From: Paraspadella gotoi
Taxonomy: Eukaryota > Animalia > Chaetognatha
Length of the DNA stretch: 64,000 bases
Assembly: GCA_051294375.1 (NCBI GenBank)
Contig: CM119263.1
Span: 10,686,703-10,750,702, forward strand
Direction: 5' to 3'
Numbering within the stretch: the first letter of the stretch is position 1; each line of letters begins with the position of its first letter. The translations under genes and the position numbers were made by a program. Of this stretch, positions 15,315 through 28,510 are shown piece after piece. Under the pieces are notes generated by a model. The model did no database searches and was not told the DNA's origin. It saw only the letters and a program-made list of their open reading frames with translations.

Positions 15315-18300
15315 ATGACGCTCTGGCGCCGCTTTCGCTGGTGGGTTCATCGGCTCAAACACCTGTTCATCATCCTCCTCACTCCACTTGTCCTTTTGCC
15401 GCTGCCTATTTGCGTGGGCACGATGCAGGTAGACCTCAATAACTACTTTGGTTGCCGGCGACCAAATGTAAATACGAAAAATTTGACGATAAAGAAATGT
15501 TCATTAGATTTTACTGTACATGAAATATTTCAATGGTCCTTTAATTATACAATAATAATTAGTCAAACATTCAATTGCGATAACCCAGGCAAAGGCGGCG
15601 TTCACGGTGATCGTGATGGCCGTTTACTGGACGATGGAGGTGCTGCCCATCTCCATCACCTCCCTTCTCCCCGTCATCCTTTTCCCTCTCCTCGATGTTC
15701 TCAAGTCCGACCAAGTCTGTCGTCAATACTTGAAAGACATCGTCATGCTGTTCATCGGGGGACTCATGTTCGCCGGTCAGTCGGTTAAATAGTCGAGTGA
15801 TTTGATCCATTGATTTTTTTTTTTTTCACTTTTCTTTTTCCAATTTTAAGTCGGGATCGAAAAATGGAAGGTTCACGAGCGAATCGCCCTTTTCGTGTTG
15901 GTCAAAGTCGGCACTAATACCAGGTGAATGAACGAAGCGCGTTTTGACGTTCGGATGTAGATCCTACGTTAATAACATCACCATTCTTTTCAAACTTCAA
16001 GTATGATAGTATGTAGGAAGTGGCCGCAACCAATTATTTATTTTTACCATTTTCTTCACCAGGGAATTTGCACTGGAATAAATACTAAATAAAAAAAATT
16101 AGGTTCTTTTTATATTTGTCTATTTGACAGCTTCTAACCAATTGGCTTTTATTTCTTTCTCCTCTCGACTCCCCACCAAGGGCGCTCCTCTTCGGTTTCA
16201 TGGCGGTCACAGCCTTTCTTTCCATGTGGATCAGCAATACGGCCACGACAGCCATGATGGTGCCGATTGCCCACGCGGTCCTTCGTTCATTGCGGGAGGA
16301 GGAGGAGAAGGGGAGAGAGAGGAAAGGAGAGAGTTCGAGGGAGAACAGAGAAAGGGAGAGTGGTCATAAAGGCCGTGAAAGTCAGACAGACGGAGGAGTT
16401 GGAAATTCGATGCAAAAGGTACTTCAAGCTTACATGAGACGAAGTGGAAATAAATATTTGTCTTTAAGCTTTAAAAGACAACAACAATTTGACTGTATTC
16501 GTTAATTTTTTTTAAAAAATGACAAATTCCAGGAAGAGCTTCGTCTTGAGCCAGCATCACTGGAAAGATACCGTGTCAATTCCGAAACAGCGTCGGAAGT
16601 AACTGGGCCCCGAGCGAGCCAAAGCGATGCGGACGACATCCCAGGGAGTCTGGACTCGGGCCTGCCCATCGTCGTCGAGTGTTTCGAGAATGAAAAGGAC
16701 GAAGCCCTCGAAAGGCAAGTTGATCGAGAAAAGAAATTCCTTCAGGCTTTTCATTTTCCTTGTTAGCTTTAGTAACGGAGTGGGCAAGGCCCAGCCGTTA
16801 CCCTCCTTTCTCCCCTTCCAAATCCCCTCCCCCCCTTTTCCCCTTTCCCAACATTTTGCCTTCAGCCTATCAAGGCATTGTTGTCTGCCACCTAAGACAG
16901 CTTTGAGAGTGAGGTAGTTCCTCGTTGCCTTCTATCTTTTAATTTGTGTCAACTCAAGATCGAGAAAAGGCGCGGAGGGCTGGATGAAGAGATGGACGCA
17001 GGGATGGTCGTATCTTCTGTGGCTATATTCATTGTTTAATACAATGGACAAATTTTTAATCGCAACAGCTTAGATATATTATAAACCGAATTAATCATTT
17101 GTAAATTTGAAAGAATAATCATCGCTACCGCTGTTACAAGATCTTTGTTTTCTTCTTGATCTTTCTCTCCTTTTTTTTTTTTACTCCTTATCGATGAGTC
17201 CTTCTCCAAACTTGGCTTCTCGCTCTACGCTACCATCTCCAACTGACCCAAGATCAAACTCTGCTTCCTCCCTTTCTTCCTTACTTCTCTCACTGTCCCT
17301 CACTTCTCTTCTTCCTCATTCCTCCTCCCCCTACTCCATCTGCCCCTGATAAAATTCTGTCTCCTCCCCTTCTCTCTCTCCTCCCATTGTCTCTCACTTC
17401 TCTTCTTCCTCCCCTTTCTCCATCTGCCCCTTATCAAACTTTGTCTCCTCCTCTTCTCTCTCTCCTCCCATTGTCTCTCACTTCTCTTCTTCCTCATTTT
17501 CCTCCCCTTTCTCCTCCCCTTTCTCCATCTGGCCCGTGATCCAACTCTGCCTTCTCCTCTTCTCTCTCTCCTCGACGGCCGTGTCGATCATCTGCCTCCA
17601 GTCGTCGTCGTCGTCTTCGAGGCGTCGCGTTTCCTCGTCGTCGTTGAGGACGTCGTGGGAGAAGACGACGTCGGGGTCGCGAAGTTGACGAGCCACTTCG
17701 GTCTCAAAGTCTTTGAGAATGTAGAGGAATTCAGAGACGGAGCCAAGTCTTAACAAATAACGTTAAGTTTTAAATTCTTTAACTTTTCCGTGACCCACAT
17801 TAACTTTTTCTTTACCTTCCGAGATAATGATGTGATGTGACTAAAACAAGTATAGAACATATGGAAAACTAACTAACTTATTTGGTAAATGGTAATTGAG
17901 TTATTGATTTAACTTCTGGTCATTTGATTGTATTTACTAGTGATCATGTGAGTATAGAGATATGCGCAATGATGGTCTCATCTTATTGCGCCTATCTCTC
18001 AAGTAATACCCGACTAATTCGTATTTAAACATGACAGTCGGACAGATTATCAGAAAGAAGAACGGAGATTCCAATGTGTGTTTCGACGCAATGACTTTGT
18101 TATTACATGTATTTCCATATATTTTTGACATGCACTGCATGTGAAAACATTTTTTTATTTTTTATATTCTTTAAAACAAAAGGTGTCGCTAACGGTCGCA
18201 TAGATTTGAGGTTCCTTCCCTCTCAGCAAAAATAACAAAAGAGCAGTCAATATAAGAGGCATTAAACCCTTCCTACCGAGTAGCTCCCTCCCCATCTCTT

Positions 18301-21300
18301 TCGCTCTCTCTCTCTTTCTTGTCTCCAGCAACCTGCATCTCCAGAACCGATCGAAAGCGATGAAGGCGGCGGTAAAGGTCTCGTAGAATTCTTCCATCCC
18401 CGGACGGTGTTCCTCGCAGTGGTAGAAGTGGTTCTTCAAGACACCGTCTTCAGTCGCTGCAACCAAAAACCCGCAGAGGGCGATCCCGGTCGCCGCCCAC
18501 CGGTACCACCGCTCAGGGTGGTGGGCGTTCGAGTAGGTGAACCTCGCCTGTTCGTTCTTCACTTTGGCAAAGTTGTGAAGGCAGCGGAGGGCGAGCATGC
18601 CGACAGGGGGCTGCAGGTCGGCCACAGGATCGCTCTGGGAGAATCCGAGGATCCTCCATCTATGGAAAAAGGGTTGGGTTAGCTTTCGGTGACTGAATTC
18701 GAAAGATTCTGTACGAAAAAGATTAAATGAAGGATTTTTCATTGATGATCTCCCACTCCCACCCTTTGTGAGGGCTTCTCGATTTTAATAAGTATGAATG
18801 ATGAAAATATATAGACTAACTGGCGATTGATTGTGTCCTGGTTCAAGGAACCTGGGGGAGTCTCGACCGCTGAATTTTTCAAATGGATTCATCATGTCCC
18901 ACAGTTCCTGTCGTTTGTAAACAAATAATTATATAAATAACAGCAATGTTCTACATATGTAAAACCTGTCTTAGATTTCTGCCAGTCCATTCTCAGAACT
19001 ACAGTACAGAATTTAAACCCAATACTAAATTACTTTCAACAATCTTTCGTGCTTTTCGTTTCCATCCTGGAAAGTCTTCATTCCCAAATTCTTTAGTTCG
19101 AACAAAAGATTTTTATAGCCACTGATCCTCGTAAGTGATTCAGTCAAGGCCAAACGACACTTTTCCACGTTTACTTCACTGTCAGCTAGTAGACCTGGAT
19201 TTTTTTATCAAGTTTATTAATTTATTGGTTAATTTAATGCGATTATTTACATTGATTTGATTGAAATGATTATTTAATTGATGCATTAGTTGAATAGAGA
19301 ATAGTTAATATTGATATATTGACTGATTGAATCGTTGATTTAGAACCTTGATCGACCTCAGATCGATCACCCAGCAGGGATATTTTCCCCTTTATTTCTG
19401 ACTGATTGTGATCCGCTCGGCCGTCAATCTCCAACCAACTCGCCCTCGTGCTCCATGATAAAATCGACGTAGACGGGGATGTCCTCGGGATCGATGACCT
19501 TTAGATCCAAGATCGACCTCGTTGCCCGCGTCGACGACTTTGCCAACTGCCTCTCTACGACCGCGTGCTTGTGAAGGGCCCGATCGGAATTCGTCAGTAG
19601 CTCAGCTAGCTTGGTCCGACCCCGGCGCTGGCGCAGGTACCATCGCCAAAAGGGCTTGATCAGTCGCGCTTGGAGAAAGGCGTAGATGCCCTCGTAAATC
19701 AGCCAAAGGTCCATCTTATTTTTTATGCCAAAGTACGATTCTAGATGTTTAGTAAGAGAAGTTCGTTCGTGGAAAGAGTAGATCGAGTGGTAATGGTTTT
19801 CATTTCCGATGGTGATTATTTTCGAGGCTTTTCAAATAACCCAGAATTAGTGAAATACGGAGGAATTTTTGAAAAAAAAGCAACCGGTCTTTTAATTTTT
19901 AGTTTTAACACTCACAAAAAGTAAGGAATAAAGCGTTTATATTTTTTAAAAAATCCTTCTTTATCCACCAGAGCGGTGACGGAGACCCTTCCCCCGTCGC
20001 CTCGTGAAAAGATGATGATGCTCTCCATCTGCTATGCGGCCAATATTGGCGGAATGGCGACGCTCACCGGCACCGGGCCCAACACCATCTTCAAGGGGCA
20101 AATCGACACGTGAGGAAACAGAAGAGGGACTTGGGATGATGGAAATAGCTCCGAAGCTAAACAAGAATATTGTTCGAAATTTAAAAGAGTGTTTAAGCAT
20201 ACATATTACATAATCTATATGTATATATATTTTTCATAATAATCGTAGACTTATTATCGAATATGATCAAATAGGTAGAAGTTAGAACTACCGAGTTTGA
20301 TTTCTTTCAGCTTATTTCCGAACAACACCGTGTCTTTCGCCACCTGGTTCTTCTTCGCCTGTCCCGTCTCCGTTCTTTGCCTGGTGGCTGCCTGGCTTTG
20401 GCTTCAGATTCGCTGGTTGGGTCTTCGCAGTCTCTTCTCTCGGCACCGAGACAACGACGAGACCCGAATAGAGCGTAGTAGAGTCGCCGGCGTCGTCAGG
20501 GCCAAATACGAGGCGCTGGGTCCGGTGTCCTATGCGGAGAAGTCGGTCCTTGTAATGTTTGCTTGCATGGCGATGCTGTGGCTGTTTAGATCACCGGGTC
20601 CGTTTCGCACTTAAATTGGGGAAATCGAACGTGGCGATCAATTTCTTTAATCACGTCTCTTTTTAGGTTTCATCGTCGGCTGGGGTGACTTGCTGGGGCT
20701 GGGGGACAAGACGGTCACGGACGCCACCGTCGCCGTCTTTATGTCCACTCTTCTCTTCGTCCTCCCCTCCGAGAATTTGATCGTGGTGAATATGAGAGAA
20801 AAGGGGGGGAAAAGGGGGGAAAAGGAGCATCAGGAAAAAACCTGATACCACATGCGTTGTCGGTGGGAAAAGGAGGAAAACTATTAATGAACAAGTTTGA
20901 GCAAACGATGACGGATCTGCCCACGATCATTGGCGGTAATTAATTAATAGAATTAATTATTTAGTCAAAACAATTAATTACACTTTAATTAATTAATTAA
21001 TAAATTAATTAATTTCACACGTTTGTTTTTAGGTTTTTTCGTCAGGTCACTAACCACGACAAAAACGACGACGACGACGATGGCAACGACGACGACAACC
21101 CCAACGATGATTGATTGATTGTTTAATTAATTAATCTTATTTATCAGTGGTTAATTTAATGTTTGATTGATTAATATTTATTGATTGATAAATCAATTAA
21201 TTGTTTAATTGATTAATTGATTGACCAAGACAAAAGCAATGTCGACCATTATGGCGATGATCCGGCATTGTTTTTCCAAAATTGTTTGTTTTTAGTTTTT

Positions 21301-23726
21301 TGTTTTTTTTTTTGTGTTTTTTTTGTCAGGTCACTTAGGACTAAGCTCCTACGAACAAAGCCAGAGGTTTTTTTAATATATTCTTATACCGGCCAAGGTA
21401 GAATGATGGCAATATTGTTAATATTAAGTTTCAAAAAAATCCTACCATAAATATAGAAAATATTAACCAAAATCTTCGGAAAATCCACTCCTTCTTAGGA
21501 AGATTTTCGCCATAGAAGATTTTTCCCGAATCTGACTCCCGGTTGAAAACTCTTAGAATTCCGATCGTTAGCTCCTCTTTTACTTTTACTTTAAATAAAA
21601 ATTTCACCAAAATGAACTAATTCACTTTACCATGAACGTATCATATCAAAATAACCAAATAAAATGTAAAGAAAAATTTTGATAGCCCTTCAGACATATG
21701 GCTATCGGATTCCTGAATTTGAAGTGTATTGTAAAATCACAACATATGTTAAATGCGTTGACATTGTATTGAAGTTGAGAAATCCCTTTATTTTATATAT
21801 AAAAATTGCGTCGAAAATCTTTTCCCGAGCGGACCAGTCAATTTGAATCTGATGGTTTGATGTCAAAATGATGGTTATTTGTCAAGAGAAAAAAAATGCG
21901 AGCCCTTCAGATGTAACAGGATCGGAATCGAGTGTTTTTACGTCTATTTTTTATCTGAATTTTTCCCAGGGGCGTTGACATTGTTTGGTAGTCAGATTTT
22001 AACGAAAATCTCCATTGAAAAAGTCTTCCTCGATTTCTAAGAACGACGTAGACTCCTAGGTCACTGCTAATGGGGGCGATTTTATTTTTCTTTATTTACA
22101 AATTCCACCGCAGTCAAAGTTCGACGATTCGTCTTCACACCCACCGAAACCTTATTCCCCTCTTCTGGACTGGCATACGACGCTGCACAATCTCCCCTGG
22201 GGCATCGTGCTGCTTCTGGGTGGTGGATTCGCCCTCGCCGAGGGCTGCAAGGTTTCCTGCCTCTCTTACTGGTTGGGTCAGCAGTTCTCGGTGGGTAACG
22301 ATAAAGTCGGGAGATTTATCAATATTTTCAATATTATATTGAAAGATCTGCGAAATTATTATCATCTCTAACTTGTCCGCTTATTTACAGTCGTTTCCTC
22401 AATGTACTTATTATTTTTTTAAAGATATTTTCGTCTGTGCCGGAAGTTTTGTTCCTCTTCATTTTGGTCATCATCGCCGCCCTGACGACCGAGTTCACCT
22501 CCAACTCTTCAACTGCGACGATTTTCATGCCGATTCTCGTTTCGCTCGCGGGTGACAACTTTGAACTCACTCATTGCTCTCTAACTTTCACAAAGTCGGA
22601 TCGTTCGTGTAACCCCGCTTTCGCATTTTCCCTCCGCCAGATTCAATCGGCGTGAATCCGCTCAAACTCACGATGCCCGTGATTTTGGCGACGTCTTTCG
22701 CGTTTATGCTTCCGGTGGCGACGGCGCCGAACGCCATCGTGTTCAGTTACGGACAACTCAAGATTACGGATATGATAACGACGGTAAGGGATCCTTGATT
22801 TATATTTATATTTAGCTCTCTGTGGTATTTTGATATTTGAACTAACTTAGATTTTATTTCATTTTAAAGAGGAAAAAAAATACATGTTCATTACCTCATA
22901 TTTATTTTTGCTTTAATCTTAAGTACTTTTTAATCATCAGAAAAGATTAGAAAATTGCATTGTTGAAGTTTCAAATTTGACCTCCTAATAGACAGTCACT
23001 AAATAAAAAAGACTCATTACAAATATGTTAAATTATATATATCATATAAAATGCCAAATCGAGACCTTCAAAACCGACTATCATTAATATTTTTAAATTT
23101 GACTGTTGCATAGATATACTGTCACGAAATGTTACAAACGAAAAAATCATAGTGTAATTTATTTTTGGGCGTCTAAAATTTTGTCATCTGACAATGTGGG
23201 ACAATCACAATCAAGAGATACATCAGGAACTGACTGCACAACTAAAAAAAAAACTGATGCATTTACATTAAAAGTATTTACAGCATATACAGCATTTTTT
23301 TTAGGAAAAACCGTTTTGTATCTATAAAGACCGATACTAATGCTCTGGATTTGTCTCACAAACTTAATTTGACTGAAAACTCGATAACTTCTTACTTTGT
23401 GCCATCTGCAGTGATTAAAACTGGCAGAAGCAGAACTAATAATTATTTCTAAGGTTGTATGTATTCTTTTATTTTACGAACGAAAAAGTGGTTTTACGAG
23501 GTTTAAACTTGTTTTTTCATATCTCTTGTGCGCAGAAGACGGCGTAAATTTATTGTGGCTGTAAATCAAGTTTTCTATCCAGGGGATCGTCATGAACGTT
23601 ATTTGCATATTTGTGGTTCTGTTCGGCGTCGAGACTTGGGGCGACGCCATTTTCCATTTGAATTCCATGCCGGAATGGATTACAACAAACGGCACAATAG
23701 AAGGATCACGCTGCGCCCAATTGTGA
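15315..23726 (+). CDS. SLC13 family Na+/di- or tricarboxylate cotransporter (Indy/NaDC-like)
   Basis: Exons 15315-15428, 15589-15775, 15851-15923, 16181-16418, 16533-16714, 19972-20109, 20311-20597, 20667-20785, 22114-22290, 22425-22551, 22641-22783, 23583-23726, phases compatible; motifs [66 protein letters not shown]. Confidence 0.92.
17250..17570. repeat. Imperfect pyrimidine-rich tandem repeat (~70-80 bp unit) overlapping the end of the nested gene
   Basis: Recurring CTCACTTCTCTTCTTCCTC...CTCCATCTGCCCC...ATCAAACTCTG units. Confidence 0.7.
17478..19714 (-). CDS. ELMO-domain protein (ELMOD-like), nested antisense in SLC13 intron 5
   Basis: Exons 19714-19444 (GC donor), 19194-19034, 18907-18852, 18659-18333, 17748-17478; ELMOD-like features include HERLLKELW, WRILGF...[23 protein letters not shown]. 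Confidence 0.85.
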
Positions 23727-24589
23727 TTCAGGAAGTTTCCGTGTGCATCTATTCATCTTTGCAAATAGGGCATTCCCAATAAAGGTGGATTTAAATTTTG
23801 AAATTTTTTTTGTATTCATTTGTACATGAATATCGCATGATTTAATTTTTTCTACTGTTAAGATTTTTTCGGTGTATTTGTTATCGTTTTATTCAATAAA
23901 ATATACGTTGTTCTGTGTTTAATTTTGGTTTTAAGAATATTTTTTGATACCTGAAATTATTTCAAGCATCTAAATAATGTGAAAGGGGAGTAAATACCAA
24001 ACCCCCCCCCAAAAAAAAGGAAAAAAAAAACAATCAGAAAATGTTAATTGGTTTATTTGTATGAAAATTGCAAAATGACGTGTTTCATTATTCTATCTTT
24101 ATAGATTTGATCATATTTAATGCTATTTAAAACATTACGCTTTTATTCACATTTTTTGTTTTTATTTTTTCTATGTTTGAATTATTTTTACATTTTATTT
24201 TTCATCTCTGGTAAGGGGATATCAGTGTTGTCTTCTAGAAATAGAGGGAGCATCTATACAATACAAGGTTATACTACTTTTTTTATTTCCTCTATTTTTC
24301 GTCTACCACAAGACATCATTCCTGTTTGAAGGTCATTAATAAGAACTCGTAACATCTAAAAGGCTGAACAGGAAGGGGTGGGAATGAATAAATTTTTTTG
24401 GACTACCATTGTACAATGTACATCGAGTATCTCAATTCCCGTCATAAAAAAAGGGTTTTTTTTCATGTGAAAAAAAAAGTAAATTTTGAAATGTAATTAG
24501 ATAAAACTGGAAGAAGAATGCAAAATAATGACAAAATTTTCTTTTTCGTTGTTCTTTTATACGAGCCTTTTGAGTTAGTCCTTTTTTCT

Positions 24590-27500
24590 TCAATTATACC
24601 CGATGAGTTTCTGACTCGTGGGATACCGATTGCGAATGAGAAGACACTTGTCTTTGTCGATGAACTGAGAGTTCTTCTTGATGGCGATCTCCTTCTCCAG
24701 CATCATCCTCGTGTCCATCAAATCCTTGAGGGATCTCTCGGCCGCGTTGACCTGCGCCATGAGAGCGTCGACGCTCTGTCCAATGAGGTCCACCTCGTTG
24801 ATGAGCTGGAACTGCGGGGGATCTCGGCAGAGCTCCACGTTGGGTCGCCAAGAGCGGTGTTCCAAACGAGATTGGGCCACTTTCATGGGGTTCTCTTTGG
24901 CCTGTATAGTTATTAAGATATATAAAATAACAATATCCGTGTAACAATATTACGATGAAAAATATGTGAGCAAGTGTTGTGATGATAGATATTCTGAGAA
25001 AGTTGTCGTAGAATAATTGATTACCTGAATGGCCGCCTTCAAAGCTGAAATGTTTTGCTCCTGAGCAGCGATCGATTTAACAGTTTTGTCCAAATGAGTT
25101 TCCAGTTTGTTCCTGTATGTCAATATGATTATGAACCATATTTCAAGTAAACAAGTTTGAGCTAACAATGTCGGATCTGCCTACGATAATTAAGCGGTAA
25201 TCAGATGATAAATCATGATAAATCTTTCATAACAGATCATACCATACCAAACCAGTGGCAGCGTCAATACATGTAAATCGCTTGCCAGGGATTAAACTGA
25301 ACTGTTACCATGGTACAAATAATTTTTTTAACTAGTATTATTTTTTAAACTTGCCTAATTTTTTTAAACTAGCATAATTTTTTGAATTCGCATACTTTTT
25401 TAACTCGCATATTTTTTTAAATTTGCATAATTGTTTTAAACTCGCATAATTTGAAATAAAATAATGCTTTCAGCTGTCCAAGCCCATGGGACGAGCTATA
25501 CGGGGAATCGAATTTAAGATTCGCCACAGCTCTCAAATAAAGTTGAAAAATTGAAAACATTTAAATTTTTTTTTCAATCTTAACAAACAGGAAAACAAAC
25601 ACGCAATCGCAATCCAACTCGCCTGGCCTCGTCCATATCCTCCAACCTATCGGCGAGTTGACGCTCCACTTGATCGGCGTGGTTCCTCATATCCCGCTGG
25701 ATGTCAAAAAGGACCGCGTCGACAAGGCGGCGCAGCTCCGCCGACGCCGCGCGCTCCCGCTCGGCGCGGTCGACGTTGTTGCGGCTGAATTGCGACCAAG
25801 ACTCGGGATCCGACTGACCAGTCTTGGAAATTGAAAAAAAAAAAATTTATATCGCGTCGGTGAAATTTTGTAAAGTCATCGTGTTCTATCTTATCACGCT
25901 CTTCTGCGGAATCAACCTGAAATTGCGATGCCCCCGGGTGGAACATTATGTTGATGGAGTTGTTTCTTAGGTTGCTGCACCAATGATCGCGCTGTCGGGC
26001 TTCAAGTTTGTCGCTCCAATCCAACTCCAGCTCGTGCTTACGCTCGCGGTTCGCTTGCTGTTGCTTGATGCTTTGCTCCAGCGTTTTTTTCAGTAAATCC
26101 CTGACGTTGTTGATCGTTTCCACTTCCTGAATTTAAACAGCTTTTGAAACCACAATCGATGTTAAGAATTCAAGAAAAAAAATTTAAAAAATTAAACACT
26201 CCGCTCACACCTTCAGCAAGGCCGCCTCGACGCCGTCTTTGACATTGTCGGTTTCCTGTCGCTGTTGTCGCGACTCGAGACACTCGGTAGCGATATGCAG
26301 CGGAATCTCGGTGGACCTCAGCGCTGCCTCCAGCCTTTCCTGAAGAAAATACAGTCATGTGCAAAAAAAATATGCGCCACTTTATATAAACCATTAAAAA
26401 TCTCTTTGAATATTTGAATTTTTTTTTTTAAATTTAAAGTAAATTAAGATTTTTTAAAAGATAAAGAGTTTAGCATACATTTTTTATCAAAATTGAGCAA
26501 TCCATTTAGGAGCAGTGATTTTTTAAACTAAAATAGTCTACAGCAAATCTAAATATAAAAAAAATAATTTAATTATTATTAATCTTTTTTCTTTTAATTT
26601 TATGTTCTTTGTTATGGATTAAAAAAAAATAAAATAAAAAAAATTACAAGGGACACCCAAAGGGATAGCTGGATAAATAATAATAAATATAAATATAATT
26701 ATGAATAATAATTTTAAGGTTATTAAAAAATCAGATGAATGATAGGTTAATAATTCGGAAGCTTCTAATTAATATTTATTTTTTCCATCTTGATTTAGTT
26801 AAAAAAATTATATCTCTTAAACTACTTGACTTATTGTAATACAATTTATACATATTGATCTCAAAATCCGTATTCGTAAATCCCTACCTTTTGTCCGTGC
26901 ATGAGTCTGATCTCGGCGACTGTGTCTTCGATGTTCCTCTTTAACTCGTCTTTCCAAAACTCGACGTCTCTCAGCCGCGCCCTCACGCTCTCCGTCGTGT
27001 CGGCCTGCGTTTTGTCGGTCACCGCCTGGGTCTCTTGGACCGCGCGTCGGCTGGCGTCGCGAACGGCGTCGGCCCGCTCCCTGTCGGCGAAACTCTGGTA
27101 GAACCGGGCGTAATTGGCATCGCGCCAATCGGAAGGCGTGTACTTTTGAGCGCGGTAGCCGGCCGTTGAGATGCCCATGTCGTTGCCGGTGTTGCCTTGA
27201 GGGGGACCGATATTTTTTTTTTTTTTTTTCGTTTAATTCGTCAGAATTCACTAACACTTGCAATCCATTTTTAAACTGACACAGTATTTACAGTATGATT
27301 TTTCTCAATTTTAACATTTCTTGTGGCGATATCTCCGAGTCCTTTCACTCTAGATACTTAAATTATAACTCATTTTGTAGCCCGCCGTCTGGCATTTTTT
27401 AGATCAATCAATTTTTACATAATTCTAATAAGTCTTTTGAACTCATCATATTTGTCGATCAACTTTTAATTTTTTTACCTTTTAATGTTTCACGTAGTCA

Positions 27501-28458
27501 CAACCAATCAAAAATTAGTTAAATTTAAAAGGTATAGTATGCATAATGTAGCATTTTGCCTGCTCTTCTATGTGGTATATATTTCATATTCGTTTAATGC
27601 TTAGGTGCTTAGTAACTTTTCAAAATAATAATGAGAGGATTTTTTATAAAACATCAGCTGATTTTATAAATTTTTTTTTAATTTAAAAAATTCATTGTTA
27701 ATAAAAAATTATCGAATTTTATAAATTAACAAAGTTTGATTTTACTTGTATCAAGTTCATAACTCATGTGCGCTGATGAAGGCTCGTATTGTGAGCCGAA
27801 ACATGTCTGCTCTTTTAAAATAAAATTCGTTGCAAAATAAAATCAAACTTTGTTAATCTCTCAAACAACGAAAAAGAAAGGATAATTACCACGAATTTTA
27901 TAAATAATTGTAAAGTCCAGACGAATATCTACAACTCAGATGCTCTTTTATATAGGAGATATCGACGTTTGTCTCTTTCTCTCTTTTGCGGTCATTCCAG
28001 ATTCTGCTCTGAAACGGGACTCTTCTCTAAAATAATAAACATTTGTGGACGCTTAGTGGATTCTTTGTAGATTTGTTTATTTATTTACTATTGCTTCTTT
28101 GATTAATTAGTTAGTATTATTATTATTGTCTGTATGAATATCTATATGCTTTGATTATTTTATTAAGGTACCATTAAATATAAGACTCCAAGTGGATAAG
28201 AAACTTATAAACTTTACGGCGCCAGCGGTCCCGGTCTTTAGTCCAGTTTCTCTCCCGACGTCTTCTCCCTCTCCGCTAGGTCGAGGAGGGGGTTCTTTCA
28301 TAATTAATTGATTGATAACTGGAGTTCAATCGATAAAATTAAAAGTGCTTCTTGTATTAGATACCGGTATATCTCATTTCCAATTCGACGGATCCAGTCT
28401 CCGGTTCTCCCGTCGGCGGCTCGGGCGCCCGTTCCTTCGATGACAAAGCGGAAGACAT
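24590..28458 (-). CDS. TEKT4: Tektin (tektin-4/A-like)
   Basis: Exons 28458-28365, 28294-~28200 (3' boundary uncertain), 27195-26888, 26339-26211, 26126-25917, 25822-25623 (GC donor), 25112-25025, 24901-24590; signature RPNVELCRD; GYRAQKY...W..ANY..F.DR and C-terminal RYPT..KL.GY resemble TEKT4. Confidence 0.88.
25320..25450. repeat. ~17-18 bp imperfect tandem repeat in a tektin intron
   Basis: About 7 units of TTTTTTAAACTAGCATAA-like sequence. Confidence 0.7.
27727..27891 (+). mobile_element. Short PLE 3'-end insertion with hammerhead and small 5' inversion
   Basis: 14-bp direct repeat CGAATTTTATAAAT at 27713-27726 and 27892-27905; perfect 20-bp inverted repeat 27725-27744 / 27838-27857; shared tail CAACGAAAAAGAAAGG. 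Confidence 0.8.
27770..27810 (+). ncRNA. Minimal type I hammerhead ribozyme
   Basis: GCG-CUGAUGA-A-GGCUC(guauugu)GAGCC-GAAA-CAU-GUC-UGC; stem I includes a G-U pair. Confidence 0.88.
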
Positions 28459-28510
28459 TGCCTAAAAATAAGTCGCAAAAACTTCACTCTTAAAATAGCT
28501 TGTCATTAAG

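Noticed and set aside
16910-16930. TGAGGTAGT (let-7 5' end) and TTCCTCG (HDV-ribozyme L3-like)
   Set aside because: No pre-miRNA stem; no P1/P1.1/P4 elements downstream.
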